A program made the translations under genes and the position numbers. This document shows, piece after piece, positions 44,340-59,094 of a stretch of DNA of 64,000 nucleotides (position 1 is its first letter; every line of letters starts with the position of its first letter). The DNA lies in NCBI GenBank assembly GCA_951406725.2, contig OX597835.1, positions 29,264,001-29,328,000 of the forward strand, read 5' to 3'. Source of the DNA: Octopus vulgaris (taxonomy: Eukaryota). The notes under the pieces were generated by a model. That model saw only the letters and a program-made list of their open reading frames with translations. It did not search any database and had not been told where the DNA came from.

Positions 44340-44488
44340 CGACGTGCGTCTTTCAGTTTCTGTCTACCAAATTCACTCAGAAGGCTTTGGTCGGCCCAAG
44401 ACGATAGTAGCCCACGTTTTCACGCAGTGGAACTGAACCCAAAATTCTGTGGTTAGGGAACAAACTTCGTATCAGACACGCCAGTAAG

Positions 44489-44773
44489 AGTTCTATATTT
44501 AAGAGATATGGAATTATGTACATTATTTACATTATTTACATTTGACAGATATTTGTCCTCATCTTGTTTGTTGTTAATACAACGTTTCGGCTAATATACC
44601 GTCCAGCCTTCATCAGGTGTCTTGGGGAAATATCGAACCTGGGTTCTCATTCCTAAGGTATTTTTCCCCAGGTTCGATATTTCCCCAAGACACCTGATGA
44701 AGCCTGGAGGGTAAATTAGCCGAAACAAACAAGATGAGGACAAATATCCGTCAAATGTAAACAATGTAAATAA
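44489..44773. mobile_element. H2 tail with inverted partial copy (foldback)
   Basis: About 44527-44643 is the reverse complement of about 44667-44773. Flanks agacacgccagt (44474) and agacaggcctgt (44774) look like a decayed 12-bp TSD. Confidence 0.8.
44577..44620 (-). ncRNA. Minimal hammerhead ribozyme (intact core) of family H2
   Basis: acac-CTGATGA-a-ggct-ggacggtatatt-agcc-GAAA-cgt-T-gtat. The mirror copy at 44690-44726 has lost stem III. Confidence 0.75.
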
Positions 44774-45340
44774 AGACAGGCCTGTGTTCAATAAAAAAAA
44801 CTACGCATTTCACTATCCACTCACGACCACCACCACTTCAACCAACACCATCATCACTATCTCCATCAGCACCAGCACCACCAGCAAAACAACACCAGCA
44901 ACAGCACCAACAGCAATACTGCAACCACCACCACCACTAACACTACCAGCACCAGCACCACCCCCACCCCCTCCATTACTTTAGTTTTCTGTAACAAAAT
45001 TCAATTTAAGTGGTCGGCCAACCAAGAATATTTTCATTTCATTTCAGTTCATTTTAGTTGTTTGCGTATTTATCTGTATTGTCGATGTATCTATCTTGTC
45101 TGACAATACAAAATTTGAATAACAAATTTAGAAAAAAAGACATTCACTTCTATTTTGCCAACTTCTTTTATTTTCATTGAAGAATCCATCTTTCTATCTA
45201 TGAAAATAGAAAAACGAGTGAAATACGTAAAAAATATGAAAAAATGAAAAACAGGAGAAATAAACGCAGTGAGAGAACCCTTCATCAGTTGTTGGCTGTC
45301 TATCCACTCCTCATTTCGCGCTATATAAATCTATCTATCC

Positions 45341-45378
<38 letters not shown>

Positions 45379-45379
45379 A

Positions 45380-45430
<51 letters not shown>

Positions 45431-45469
45431 TATATATAGATAGATAGATAGATAGATATATATATATAA

Positions 45470-45500
<31 letters not shown>

Positions 45501-45515
45501 GACAGACAGACAGAC

Positions 45516-45550
<35 letters not shown>

Positions 45551-45963
45551 GACAGACAGAGATGTCAGAAATATGAATAGCGTGGAGAATTACACATACT
45601 CTTATTCGCTTATTCACGTTTCAAATAGGCTGGTATTCCAAAATTGTGCTGGAGATTAAACATGCAAACTTATTGATCCAATATTTCATGGAATAAGATT
45701 CTACAGAGATAACGAAAGGTAATACCATCCTAACCTTATCAAAGTTGAACATGTTTGCGGAGAGTGTTGTAAAGCTAAGAATATTTGTCCAGTTCAGCCG
45801 GTAAGGGTGGTATTTCAGTAGACCTACTTAGGAATAGTATTTGTCAGATCGTGCTCGAAATGTAATATAATGCTTAGGATCCTGAATCCCACCCGTCAGC
45901 TTGAAAATTATTTACGACAAATATCGCTACCTCATTTAAACCATTACTGACAATTTAACTGTT

Positions 45964-46029
<66 letters not shown>

Positions 46030-46260
46030 CATATATATAAATATATATGTATATATATGTATGTATGTATGCATATATGTGTGTGTGATGTATATATATA
46101 CATATAAGCATATGCAGTTATTTCTATAAATATTTAGATATGTAAATATATACATACATAGATGTGTATATATATGCATATATATACATATATATGTATA
46201 TATGTATATATATATATATTTATATATATATGTGTATATATATACATATATGTATATCTG

Positions 46261-46305
<45 letters not shown>

Positions 46306-46406
46306 TAATTTCACCCTTTTATTATTACTGATAACTATATATATATAATGAAACCATATTACTTTTAATAATCGGGATGCATTTATCCGCCATGCCATAA
46401 AAATAA

Positions 46407-46459
<53 letters not shown>

Positions 46460-46460
46460 T

Positions 46461-46520
<60 letters not shown>

Positions 46521-46838
46521 GAAAGCGAGAGAGATGTGTAAGTATATATGAATAAATATATATATCTACATGTGCAGACCTATGTATATATGTGTGTGTG
46601 TGCGCGCGCGCGTGTATGTGCGTGTGTTTGCCTGCGTGTACGTGTGTGTGTTTGCGTGTGTGCATGGATTTTTGTTTGTATTTATTTCTGTGCATGTGTT
46701 TATACAAAAGTTATAGATTTGACACAGATATTTCGCCCAAGGTAAGGAGTGAGGGAGACAGAGAGTGTAAGTGAGAGTGAGAGGGACAGAAGAGGCGGAG
46801 GAGTAAGAGCGACAGATAGAAAGAGAGACACACGGAGA

Positions 46839-46881
<43 letters not shown>

Positions 46882-47582
46882 AAACACAGAGAGAAAAGGA
46901 AAGAGAGAAAGAGAGAGGTGGGGTAGAAAAAGTATTAGAAAAAGAATAATAGAATAGGGAAGGATTACCAAGATCGATTATTGACGCAGATAGATGAATC
47001 TTATTGATCTTAACCTCGAAAGCTTTCAATAAGAAGCTGGCTGAACGAATACTCTCTGTCACACATACACACATACACACAAGTATACATACACACAAGT
47101 ATATACGTACACACATGTATGCATACACGCGCATGTCTAACAGGGATACACACACACACAAGCGCACACGCACGTTCAAAAAATATACACGTACGAACAC
47201 GTATGCATTCATGCACAGACATGCACATGTAGATACACACACACACATATATATACACACATACAATGCATTCATACATTTATATTTGTCTATGCATATA
47301 CATACTCATATATACCTATATATACAATTACGTATACATTATATATGCATATATATATATACAGGTATATGCATGTAGGTAGATACATACATGCATATAT
47401 ATATATATATATATGTGTGTGTATATACATAAACATATATATATATATGTATTTATGTATGTATGTATGTATGCATATGTATATATACACACACAAGCAA
47501 CCTTGCACATGCTCTCGAGTACATGTAACTCGTCGAATGCATATATTTTCGCACATACACACTCGCACGCGAGCGCACGAAG

Positions 47583-47631
<49 letters not shown>

Positions 47632-47895
47632 ACACACACTCACTCACACATATCTTGGTATTCTTCTCATGCTTTTAGTTATATTTGTCCATGTTATTAA
47701 CGCTTAATACTCTGAACTGTGTCTATATATCTGAGAAGATAACGTGTTTATTTCAGTGTCAAGGACACTGGAGTCGACGTCGTTCAAGTCTTTATCTATT
47801 TATTTATTTATTCGGTTATTTGTTTGTTTGTTTGTTTTTATAAAAGGAAATGGTGTGAGTTGCAGACCAGAAAGGAATGAGGAAAACCGTCTAAG

Positions 47896-48500
<605 letters not shown>

Positions 48501-48755
48501 ATACACAAACACACACACACACACACACATATTCATACACACATACTTTTTATCTTTCAGTTATTAGACTACGGCCATGCTGGGGTTCCGCCTTGAAGAA
48601 CTTTTAGTCGTATGTATCAGCCCCGGTACTTTTTAAAGCCTGGTACTTATTCTATCGATACCTCTTGCCTAACCACTAAGTAACGTAGACGTAAACATAC
48701 CAGCACCAGATGTCAAGCGGTGATTGGTGGACAAACACAGACACACAAACACACA

Positions 48756-48811
<56 letters not shown>

Positions 48812-48956
48812 TACGACGGGTTTCTTTCAGTTTCCGTCTACCAAATCGACTCACAAGGTTTTGGTCTCCTTGCTCAAGGTAATACGCAGTGGCACTGAGC
48901 CTGGAACCATGTGGTTGAGAAGCAAACTTCTTATCATACAGCCAAGAGATAGATAT

Positions 48957-49254
48957 GTTTCTTTATTAGCCACACAGGGCTGCACACAGACAGAACAAAT
49001 TACAAGGTAGAGCTTTTCTTTTTGGGAGAAAAAAAGGGGTTTGATTTTCGATCAAAATGGATCGTAAAAGGAAAGAAAGAGGACAAAAAAAGGGGAGGAT
49101 TTAAAAAAAAAGGCGAGGGATAAAGAAAAGGGGAGAGGAAAAAAAAAGTTGATCAATAGGGATCGTAATCACAGAAATGTCAATATGAAGTTTAAAGGGG
49201 AGGACAGGTGAAGTTTACCCGTGGAAAGAAAAGCCTACGGAAAAGACCACGGTA

Positions 49255-49258
<4 letters not shown>
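48957..49258 (-). mobile_element. Tx1-like LINE 3' UTR fragment
   Basis: The minus strand ends gcagccctgtgtggctaataaagaaac, similar to the 3' ends at 32552 and 54358. It sits next to a SINE A copy (48548-48945). Confidence 0.55.
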
Positions 49259-49296
<38 letters not shown>

Positions 49297-49711
49297 AAGG
49301 TAGAGAGTGAGATAGAGAGAAAGCGAGAAAGAAGCGACGCAGGCTTGGCTGCTTGGTAAGAAGCTTGTAGTGGGATTGAACCTGGAATCGTGCGACTAAG
49401 GAGCAAACTTTTTCGCATACAATACACATGTACGGCTGTACGTACATCTATGTGTGTATATATGTGTGTATATATAGAGAACCAAACGGAATATTAGCCC
49501 CTATTTTCGGGGTGATCTCAAGTACACAAAATGCAACGTGCCTCCACTAAAGTTGAAGTGTCAAGCATCTGACAAATGCGCATGCGCAAGGAGGTTAGCT
49601 ACTTATTAGAGTGTTTGAAGTTTAGTATCGACAAAGATAGAAGTGGCATTTTGGTCAATCCTACATATACATATATATACCTATATATACGTATGTATGT
49701 ATGTATGTATG

Positions 49712-49788
<77 letters not shown>

Positions 49789-49792
<4 letters not shown>

Positions 49793-50100
49793 AAGCCCAA
49801 TGGCCTAGTGGTTAAGGCAGCGGACTCGCGGTCGTAGGATCGCGGTTTCGATTCCCAGACCAGGCGTTGTGAGTGTTTATTGAGCGAAAACACCTAAAGC
49901 TCCACGACGCTCCGGCAGGGGGTTGTGGCGATCCCTGCTGTACTCTTTCGCCACAACTTTCTCTCACTCTTTCTTCTGTTGGCCTGCTCGCTTAGCCAGC
50001 GGGGTGGCGTCATTTCAAGGCTAAAACAATGCGAAGCGCATTGTGACCAGCGATTTGTAACAACATCTGATAGCCTGGTCGGTCACGGTGATCACGGTGA
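49789..50100 (+). mobile_element. SINE family C with tail ending gatcacggtga(TA)n
   Basis: tRNA-like head (tggcctagtggtta, gtttcgattccc). The same tail occurs alone at 14303-14420. Confidence 0.85.
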
Positions 50101-50104
50101 TATA

Positions 50105-50176
<72 letters not shown>

Positions 50177-50210
50177 TATGTATATATATACATATATTTA
50201 TATATGTATA

Positions 50211-50251
<41 letters not shown>

Positions 50252-50254
<3 letters not shown>

Positions 50255-50612
50255 GAGGCGCAATAGCCCAGTGGTCAGGTCAACGGATTCGCGGTCATAG
50301 GATCACGGTTTCGATTCCCAGACCGAGGGTTGTGAGTGTTTATTGAGCGAAAACACCTAAATCTCCACGAGGCTCCGGCAAGGGGTGGTGGCAAACCCTT
50401 TTGAATTCTTTCATCACAACTTTCTCTCACTCTTTCTTCCCGTTTCTGTTGTACCTGTATTTCAAAGGGCCAGCCTTGTCACACTCTGTGTCACACTGAA
50501 TCTCCCCGAGAACTACGTTAATGGTACACGTGTCTACAGAGTGCTCAGCCACTTGCACGTTAATTTCACGAGCAGGCTGTTTCGTTGATCGGATCGACTG
50601 GAACCTTCGTTG
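50252..50612 (+). mobile_element. SINE family C with tail shared with 11920-12090
   Basis: Same head and body as 49789, diverging after ctcactctttcttc. Confidence 0.85.
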
Positions 50613-50675
50613 TATATATGTATGCATATATGCATATATTTATATATATAAACCACGCCGTGCTACGATATATAT

Positions 50676-50730
<55 letters not shown>

Positions 50731-50866
50731 CATAAATCGATGCACATATATGTGTCTCTATATGAAAATTCAAATGTAGATACTTACGTATGTACAAATC
50801 TACATATATATCTAGATATATGTTTCTCTGTGTGTGTGCGTGTGTATATATATATATATGTGTGTG

Positions 50867-50918
<52 letters not shown>

Positions 50919-51204
50919 ATGTATGTACATATATATATACATATATATATGATAAAAAATTTTATATAAATATATGGAGAGAGAGAGGGGCATAGAGAGG
51001 GACAGAGAGGGACACAATAAAAGAGAGTGAGAGAGAAAGAGAGAGAGAGAGAGAGTTTAAGCAAAGTAAGAAATTACTGACCCTGGTTTTCTTATCTACT
51101 GTGATAGTCTTAATTATTCTTTTACTCTGTCCTCTCGAGGTTTCCTCTAGTATATTTCATCTCTATGTAGGCCGCACTCCGTATCTTGGAAAGCGTTTTT
51201 ATTG

Positions 51205-51720
51205 TTATGTAATGTATATAAATGTACGTGTAATTCTAGCAGAATCACTAAACCCCATGGAAATATCAACGTTATTCAGCCTATTTTTACGGATCCAGTA
51301 TTTGTTTTCAAATTCTAATACAGTTTTCCTCATTTCTTGAATTTTGTTCATGTCCTGTCCAGATAAAAAGATATACTTCAAAGCGAATGTCTGGAACATA
51401 TTGAGAAGAATCAGAGTGGCAGAATAATAGTAATTGGAAAGGTCTAGCTGTATTAATCTTGTAGGTTTCCTATTATCTGTTTCTTTAAGCCAATTAATTA
51501 CCTCAGTTTTGCTGGACCACAGTTCAAGTTGTATTTTGTCCCTCAACGAAGGCAATATCATTAATGGTTTTTACTAATTCAATCAATATCTCATTTAAAA
51601 GGAGCAGTGTCTATCGAAGTACCCTTTATGGTCATTCAGTAGTCTTTATGGTCGTTTCGGCAAATGAGGTTCCCTTCTTTTCTCAATGTCTTGGGACTTA
51701 GCAATTTTGCATCCGTCTCG
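51205..51720 (-). pseudogene. Penelope-like element reverse transcriptase fossil
   Basis: LWSSKTEVINWLKE..RLIQLDLSNYYYS...RKTVLEFENKYWIRK..VDISMGFSDSA resembles PLE RT motifs (W.NT..VI.WF; F..FDI..FYPS; FDVTMGS.DGA). Confidence 0.7.
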
Positions 51721-51779
51721 AGGTTAATGCTTTTTCAAAACATATGATTGAATAATTTGGCAGTCTTTATTCAATTCTT

Positions 51780-52008
51780 ATTTCTTTACTGCTCACAAAG
51801 GGCTACACAGAGAAGGGGACAAACAAGGACCGACAAACGGATTAAGTCGAGTATATCGACCCAGTGCGTAACTGGTACTTATTTAATCGACCCCGAAAGG
51901 ATGAAAGGCAAAGTCAACCTCGGTGGAATTTGAACTCGGAACGTAAAGACAGACGAAATACCGCTACACATTCCGCCGAGCGTGCTAACGTTTCTGCCAG
52001 CCCGCCAC
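51780..52008 (-). mobile_element. SINE family B with Tx1-like tail and 15-bp TSD
   Basis: TSD ctttattcaattctt at 51765-51779 and 52009-52023. Tail gccctttgtgagcagtaaagaaa. Confidence 0.85.
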
Positions 52009-52439
52009 CTTTATTCAATTCTTGACAAACGAATTTCTTACACGAGCCGATGCTAGGCTGTACAAGTTTGTCCACATGTAGTAGCATTCCATCACGTCTC
52101 CTGTGTTCGTTATTATTGCTGTCTCGAAGGCACCGAGCTGGCAGAATCGTCACCACGTCGGGCAAAATGCTTGGCACCATTTGGTCTGTCTTTACGTTCT
52201 GGGTTCAAATGCCGCGAGCTCGACTAGCCATTCAGCCTTTCGGGGTCGATGAAATACGTACCACGTGAATACTGGAGTCGGCGTAATTGGCTTGACCCCT
52301 CCCCCGAAATCGCTGGCATTGCGCCAAAATTTGAAACCATTATTATTTTAATCTCGAGATTTTCTGACATATACAAACACACACACACACAAGCATGTAC
52401 AAACACGCGCGCGCACAAAATGAGCGGCTACCTCTCAGA

Positions 52440-54358
52440 ACCGTTTCATATCTCGCACTCGATCTGACAGAGGTGTCCCCTTGTCCCCTCTAATCTACTT
52501 TGTATGTTCCGAGCCTTTGCAGCGGAATCCAGAACTCTCGAGGAACATCCCTTTCGAACTGGGATGTGGGAGAGCTGTATCAACATATGCGGATGACATC
52601 ACGGTCATTGTGTGAGATACTGCGGAAGTTCAGGTGGTTGATTCTATTGTAAACGAATACAAGGCGATAGCAGGAGCTAAGATACATCTGGGTCGGCAAG
52701 TGAAGAGCAAGGCTATACTAACGAACAGCATTGTAGGTTCGATGGAGAGACGAACCAGTGAAATCGCTCGGTTTGGTCCGGATATCAAGACAGACATGAA
52801 CTGAGAAGAGGTTATCAGCCGGGTAACCAATCTCACTCAGAAATGGGCTGAGAGGAAGTTATCCCTGAAAGATCGAGCAGAGGCGGCGAATGCACACATC
52901 GCCCCTTTAAAAAATGTCCACCTGACCGTTGTACCTTGCCCTAGTCCACAGTAGGCCAGCCTGGAGTATTTACCTTTACGCTTCCTATGGAGAGGACGCA
53001 TTCCACTGGTCAGGCGTTCCATCTGTTGCCAGCGCCGTCTGGATGGTAGGCTTAGTATGGCACGTTTGCTAATGTGCAGACATGCGCTGCAGCTACGCCG
53101 CTTGGACGGTGAGACAGTATTGTCTCTATAATACCGCAGCTCATTTCTTTAAAGAAACTAGAATCATGGGTCGAGAAGAGAACAAGATTAGGAACTCGGC
53201 GTCTTCAATGCCGTCAGGCGTTCACTGCTCTCTCAAGTCGTGTAACACGGTCGGTGGAAGTTCTACCGGGGAAACTCAAGGCGTCAATGAAGATGAAATA
53301 GCTTGTCTGTGCCGGATGACAATCGGGCCCGGTACTACCATGGTTAACTTCCAGAAATCTCTGGCTTAGCAGTGCTACCGAGAAGTACTGTCAGTTTGAA
53401 CTAAACTCTACGGACACGAAAGCGCTTTTTTGAGATGCTCACAGAGCGACGAAACTGCTCCGCACGCTTTCGTGCTGTATCCAAGTATTGCACACTTTTG
53501 GAGTTATGTCGAACAGCTGTATCGCGTGTGGGATGAATCCAACTGTCGACCGAATCTATCACGAGCATCACCCGAACACCTATCTTTAACAAGGCAGAGC
53601 AACCGGTGTTCCTTTGTCTAGGGACTGTGGCGAAAGAGGTTGTGTAATAGACTTGGTTGCAAAGAGCTGGCAGAAACGTTAGCACGCCGGGTGAAATGCG
53701 TAGCCGTATTTCATCTGCCGTTACGTTCTGAGTTCAAATTCCGCCGAGGTCGACTTTGCCTTTCATCCTTTCGGGATCTGTTAAATAAGTACCAGTGACG
53801 CACTGGGGTCGATATAATCGACTTGATCCGTTTGTCTGTCCTTGTTCGTCCTCTCTGTGCTTAGCCCCTTGTGGGTGGTAGTAAAGAAATAGACTTGGTT
53901 GCAAAGATTGAGGAAGGACACCTTCTTCGGTCAAGCCTTTATCGACTGTTTTAAAGTCTATTTGGAAGGAAAGTGAGGATAGAGAGGGAAGTGTTATCTT
54001 CCAGTGAATTTGTGTAAAGATGAATGACAGGCAAAAATATAAATGACCCTGTACTAAGTGTGTGCCTGAAGATGGAAAACAAGAGAGAGGGCTCGTGACT
54101 TTGGTGGCCAGAGTAATCTAGGATCAGTGGGATTCTATGATTGGACCTACCTAGAATTACTTCTGTTTCGAGAGGACTGCATCAGTCATGTTATCGCACG
54201 CTTTGTACACCTTGTATACCTTTATCGCATTGCAGTGTCTTTTCTTCCCATTTCTTTCTCTCCCCCCCACCGTCTTTTACGTCAGCCCCAACACAAGTTG
54301 TTGTCTGATCTTGTAATATCCCCTCCAATCTATTGCCCCTGTGGCTAGCAAAAGAAAC
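52440..54358 (+). pseudogene. Decayed Tx1/L1-like LINE ORF2 (RT, zf-RVT) and 3' UTR
   Basis: CPLSPLIY..EP, VSTYADDITV, W.ERKLSLKDRA, FLWRGR and RCSQSDETAPHAFVLYP..WSYVEQL. The 3' end is gcccctgtggctagcaaaagaaac. Confidence 0.8.
53666..53887 (+). mobile_element. SINE family B nested in the Tx1 fossil, 20-bp TSD
   Basis: aatagacttggttgcaaaga at 53646-53665 and 53888-53907. Confidence 0.9.
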
Positions 54359-55566
54359 CACCACCACCACCACCACCACCATCGTCATCATCATCATCAT
54401 CATCATCAGAATTATCAACGACATCATCATCATTATCATCATGTTTAGAAAGAATGTGTGTGACCGTGTATGCGGATATGCAGGAAAGCAAGTATGCATG
54501 AGTTTGTACGAAGTAATGTCTGTGCGAGCACCTGTCTGTTCAGGAATGTGTGCTTGAGACTGTGGTTGTGTTTATGAATTAAAGCATGTGCGGGTGTATA
54601 AGGATTTGGAGTAAAATATGTATGTGCGAATCTAAACGTGTGTACTATATAATACACGTGTGTGTAGAAGAATGCCTGCGTGTATACAGTTGTGTACATA
54701 TTTGTTGATATATGTATGTATATTTATTCATTTATATATATATTAATATACATATATATATATATAAATATATATATACATCCATAAACATATATATATG
54801 TATATATACACATATACATACATTTATATATATATAAATGTATATTTATCTATTTATATATATTAATATATATATAAACACCCATAGATATATATATGTA
54901 TATATACACATATACATAGATTTATATATATATGTATGTATACTTATTTATTTATTTTCATATATTAATATATATATATATATATATACACCCATAGATA
55001 TATATGTGTATATATACACATGTACATACAAACACACACACACACATATATATGTATGTATGCATGTATGTATGTATGTATGTATGTATGTATATATGTA
55101 TGTATGTATGTATGAATGTATATATAAATGTAATAGTGAAAATGAGGAAATATGTGTATGCAGAAATAGATGTACGTGTGTACGTATGTGTGTCAGTGTA
55201 TATGGGTGTGTATGTGTGTGTGTGTGTCTGTGTGTGTTTGTGTGTGTGTGTTTATGTGTGTGTGTGTGTGTGTGCAGAAATAACATTCACAGATGGTAAC
55301 ATTCTAAGTATCCAGCCATGTTTGTATAAGAAGTTGCAGTGATGTTGATGCTGTTATTGTTGTTGTTATTGTTGTTGTTCCTTATCTTGCCATTGCATTT
55401 TTAGTTATTGTTGTTGCTCATATTGCTATTTCTGTTTATGTTTTGTTTTGTTTATTCTTTGTTTGGTTTCCCCCCGCCGTTGCTCTTCATTTTACTCTTT
55501 TTTCCATTTTATTGCTGTCGTCGTCGTCGTTGTTTTTATTGTTGTTCTTTTAGTTTTTGTTGTTGC

Positions 55567-55615
<49 letters not shown>

Positions 55616-55627
55616 GTTATTATTATT

Positions 55628-55694
<67 letters not shown>

Positions 55695-55908
55695 ATAGCA
55701 TTATTGAGCTGGCAGAATCGTTTGCACGCCGGGCGAAATGCGTAGCGGCATTTCGTCCGTCGCTATTTTCTGAGTTCAAATTCCGCCGAGGTCGACTTTG
55801 TTTTTAAATCTTTCTGGGTCGATAAAATGAGCACCAGTTGATGACTGGGGTCAATGTAATCGACTCATCGCCACCTCCCCTAAGCTTCCCTTGTGGCAAA
55901 AACTTGAA

Positions 55909-55969
<61 letters not shown>

Positions 55970-56090
55970 TATGTTTGACTTTTGCACCCAGAGACCTCAA
56001 GAGACAACAGGTTGGAAGTTCACGTTGTTATTTGGGGTTTTTTGGTGTTGTACTAGTGAATGTCTAATAAATAAAATTTAAAAAAAAAAG

Positions 56091-56152
<62 letters not shown>

Positions 56153-56154
<2 letters not shown>

Positions 56155-56510
56155 CTCCGCCTTAGCGAAGGCAGAAGTATTGTTATCAGTTGTGTTTGTT
56201 TGCTTGTCCGTGGACAAAATATCTAAAGAATCACTGGATGGATTCGTATGAAACTTTCAGGGACTTTTGGTCACATGACTGGCACGAACTGATTAGATTT
56301 TGGGATTGATTGGTTACCGGACAAGGCTTCTGGATTATTTTTCCTGTTTTTACTTAATTTTCGAGAGCGGTTGGGTTCATTTTTAGTATTCTCATTTGTG
56401 AGAGCAGTCGAGTTTGTTTCAGATATTCTCATTTTAAAAATCATCTCTGGCTCATCGTTGAGAGGACGTTAGTATTGCCTTGGTGGAAGTTTGCACTCTC
56501 TGAGTGATTT
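56153..56510 (+). mobile_element. Helentron-associated non-autonomous element (HINE/DINE-1-like)
   Basis: 5' ctccgcc..aagg, then gtttgtttg microsatellite and gattcgtatgaaactt. The 3' subterminal ccttggtggaag is followed by hairpin cactc-tct-gagtg and a T-rich flank. Confidence 0.65.
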
Positions 56511-56535
56511 TGTTGTTGTTATTATTATCATCATC

Positions 56536-56591
<56 letters not shown>

Positions 56592-56924
56592 TATTAGCAT
56601 TATTGAGCTGGCAGAATCGTTAGCACGCCAGGCAAAAAACTTAGCAGCATTTCGTCCGTCGCTATTTTCTGAGTTCAAATTCCACCGAGTTCGACTTTGC
56701 TGTTCATCCTTTCGGATTCGATAAATTAATTTCCGGGGAAACACTGGTTATTCTGCTTCGTTCTTGTTGCATTGTTTTATGGTAGCAGTCACGTGACTCA
56801 ACCAGAGACTTCAACGTCAAATGAACATATTTTTTTGATGTGGAAGTTATATACGAGTAGCAATGATATATTTCCAGGAAAGCCGACCAAATTCAGAAAG
56901 GAAAGATTTCGTTAAATGTTTGTT

Positions 56925-57325
56925 GGCGCAGGATTGTCTGTGTAGTAAGTAGCTTGTTTACCAGCCACATGGTTCCGGGTTCAGTCCCACTGCGTGGTAC
57001 CTTGGGCAAGTGTCTTCTACTAAAGCTTCGGGTCGACCAAAGCCTTGTGAGTGGATTTGGTAGATGGAAACTGAAAGAAGCCCGTCGTATATATGTATAT
57101 ATATGTATGAGCGTGTATGTTTGTGTGTCTGTGTTTGTCCCCCGAGCATTGCTTGACAACCGATGCTGGTGTGTTTATGTCCCCGTCACTTAGCGGTTCG
57201 GCAAAAGAGACCGATAGAACAAGTACTAGGCTTACAAAAGAATAAGTCCCGGGGTCGAGTTGCTCGATTAAAGGCGGTGCACCAGCATGGCCGCAGTCAA
57301 AATGACTGAAACAAGTAAAAGAGTA
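56925..57325 (+). mobile_element. SINE family A reference-quality copy
   Basis: ggcgcagg..head, B-box-like ggttcagtccc, accttgggcaagtg, internal TA/TG tract, and tail ccagcatggccgcagtcaaaatgactgaaacaagtaaaagag. Confidence 0.9.
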
Positions 57326-57789
57326 AAAAAAAGGTCCCTGAATAAGAGTTGTTTAAGGATGTTGAACGAAACACCCATGTTTCCAGAGGTGAATTATTAA
57401 AAAACCCAAAAAATAAAAAGATCTCCCTGAAATTCCAGCCAGTCAGAAGGGAGAGAGGCACAACTAACTGCATTATGAAATCCTGTTGCCACTGAAATTA
57501 AGTTTAAAACAACGACAACAAAAAAAAGGAAAATAAAGACGGAGGATGGTCACCGTCCCATCAGGACAATGGAAAAGAAAATACCACCACCATTACAAGC
57601 GTCATTACAACTACAAACCAAAACATTCGCCGTTAAATCTCAGCCAATCACGTTGAACACGGAGACGCAAATTTGCATAACAAAGTCTTGGTTATTAAGT
57701 TTATGACAAAAACAAAAGATGGGATGATCACAGCTGGAACGCGCTTCATCAGAGGCTTGACAGCTCTAGTCAATATAACTACTACTACA

Positions 57790-57832
<43 letters not shown>

Positions 57833-57977
57833 TTACTACTACTACCACCACCACCACCGCCGCCGCCGCCGCTACCACCACCATCATGCGTTTATGATCC
57901 AGATTCAAATCAATGCTCACCAATCAAATAAATAAAAACGGTGATACGGGTGTTGTTGATGGCTTTACTGTTTATTA

Positions 57978-58150
57978 TGGTGGTGGTGGTGGTGGTGGTG
58001 GTGGTGGTGGTGGTGGTGGTGGTGGTGGTGGTGGTGGTGGTGTGGTGGGTGGTGGTGGTGGTGGTGGTGGTGGTGGTGGTGGTGGTGGTGGTGGTGGTGG
58101 TGGTGGTGGTGGTGGTGGTGGTGGTGGTGGTAGTGGTAGCGGTGGTGGTG
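57978..58150. repeat. (GGT)n microsatellite
   Basis: Trinucleotide array. Confidence 0.95.
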
Positions 58151-58152
58151 TA

Positions 58153-58222
58153 CGGAAGGAAGTGACCAAATAGCTAAACTGTTTTTCAGTGTGATGACGT
58201 AATCCGGAATCTGCTGACGTCA
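58153..58222. promoter_or_regulatory. Possible enhancer: ETS-like plus two CRE-like motifs
   Basis: cggaaggaagtg, TGACGTAA (58195) and perfect TGACGTCA (58215) in non-repeat sequence. Motif match only. Confidence 0.3.
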
Positions 58223-58421
58223 TATATTATTATATTATATTATTAGCCTTGTTAGAATGGTGACAACTCAGAAATGTTACACTTGTTTCTTTCTAGAGTT
58301 TTTTTTTCAATGCAAAAAAAGGAAATAAAAAAGTGCGAAAAGAGCCCAGCATCTCTACCCAATAATTCATGGCGATTAGATCCGTTTTGAAGGGGAAGAA
58401 TTTTGAAGATAAGGCATAATG

Positions 58422-58481
<60 letters not shown>

Positions 58482-59050
58482 GAAAGAATGAATGAATAAA
58501 ATTCAAAATAAATAGTTGCGAAAGTAAAAAATATGTAAGTAATATAATAAAAACATATAAATGATAAAATACATAAACAAAATTAAAATAAATATACGGA
58601 AGTGAATAAGCATATAAAATCAAAATACATAACATGCACAAGTGAATAAATAAGGTAAAATAAATATTCTATAAAGTAAATAGATACATTAAATTAATAC
58701 ACACAGAAACACACACATATTTATATGTATATATATGTATGTATATATATATGTATGTATGTATGTATAAGTGTGTGTATGTATTATGTACGTATGCATG
58801 TATATATGAATGCATATGGTATATACATATATATATATACATATACATATATATATATAAATGTGTTTATATATGTATGTATATATATGTATATAAATAT
58901 GTGTATATATGAATGTATACAAATATATGTAAATATATACACACACATGCACACACTCACACACATACACACATACTTATATATATATATTCATACATAT
59001 ATAGATGTGTATATATATGTATATATGTATATATTATATATATGTATATG

Positions 59051-59094
<44 letters not shown>

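Noticed and set aside
57913-58223. Gly-rich or Pro-rich ORFs suggesting a structural protein
   Set aside because: They derive entirely from one (GGT)n codon repeat with no synonymous variation.
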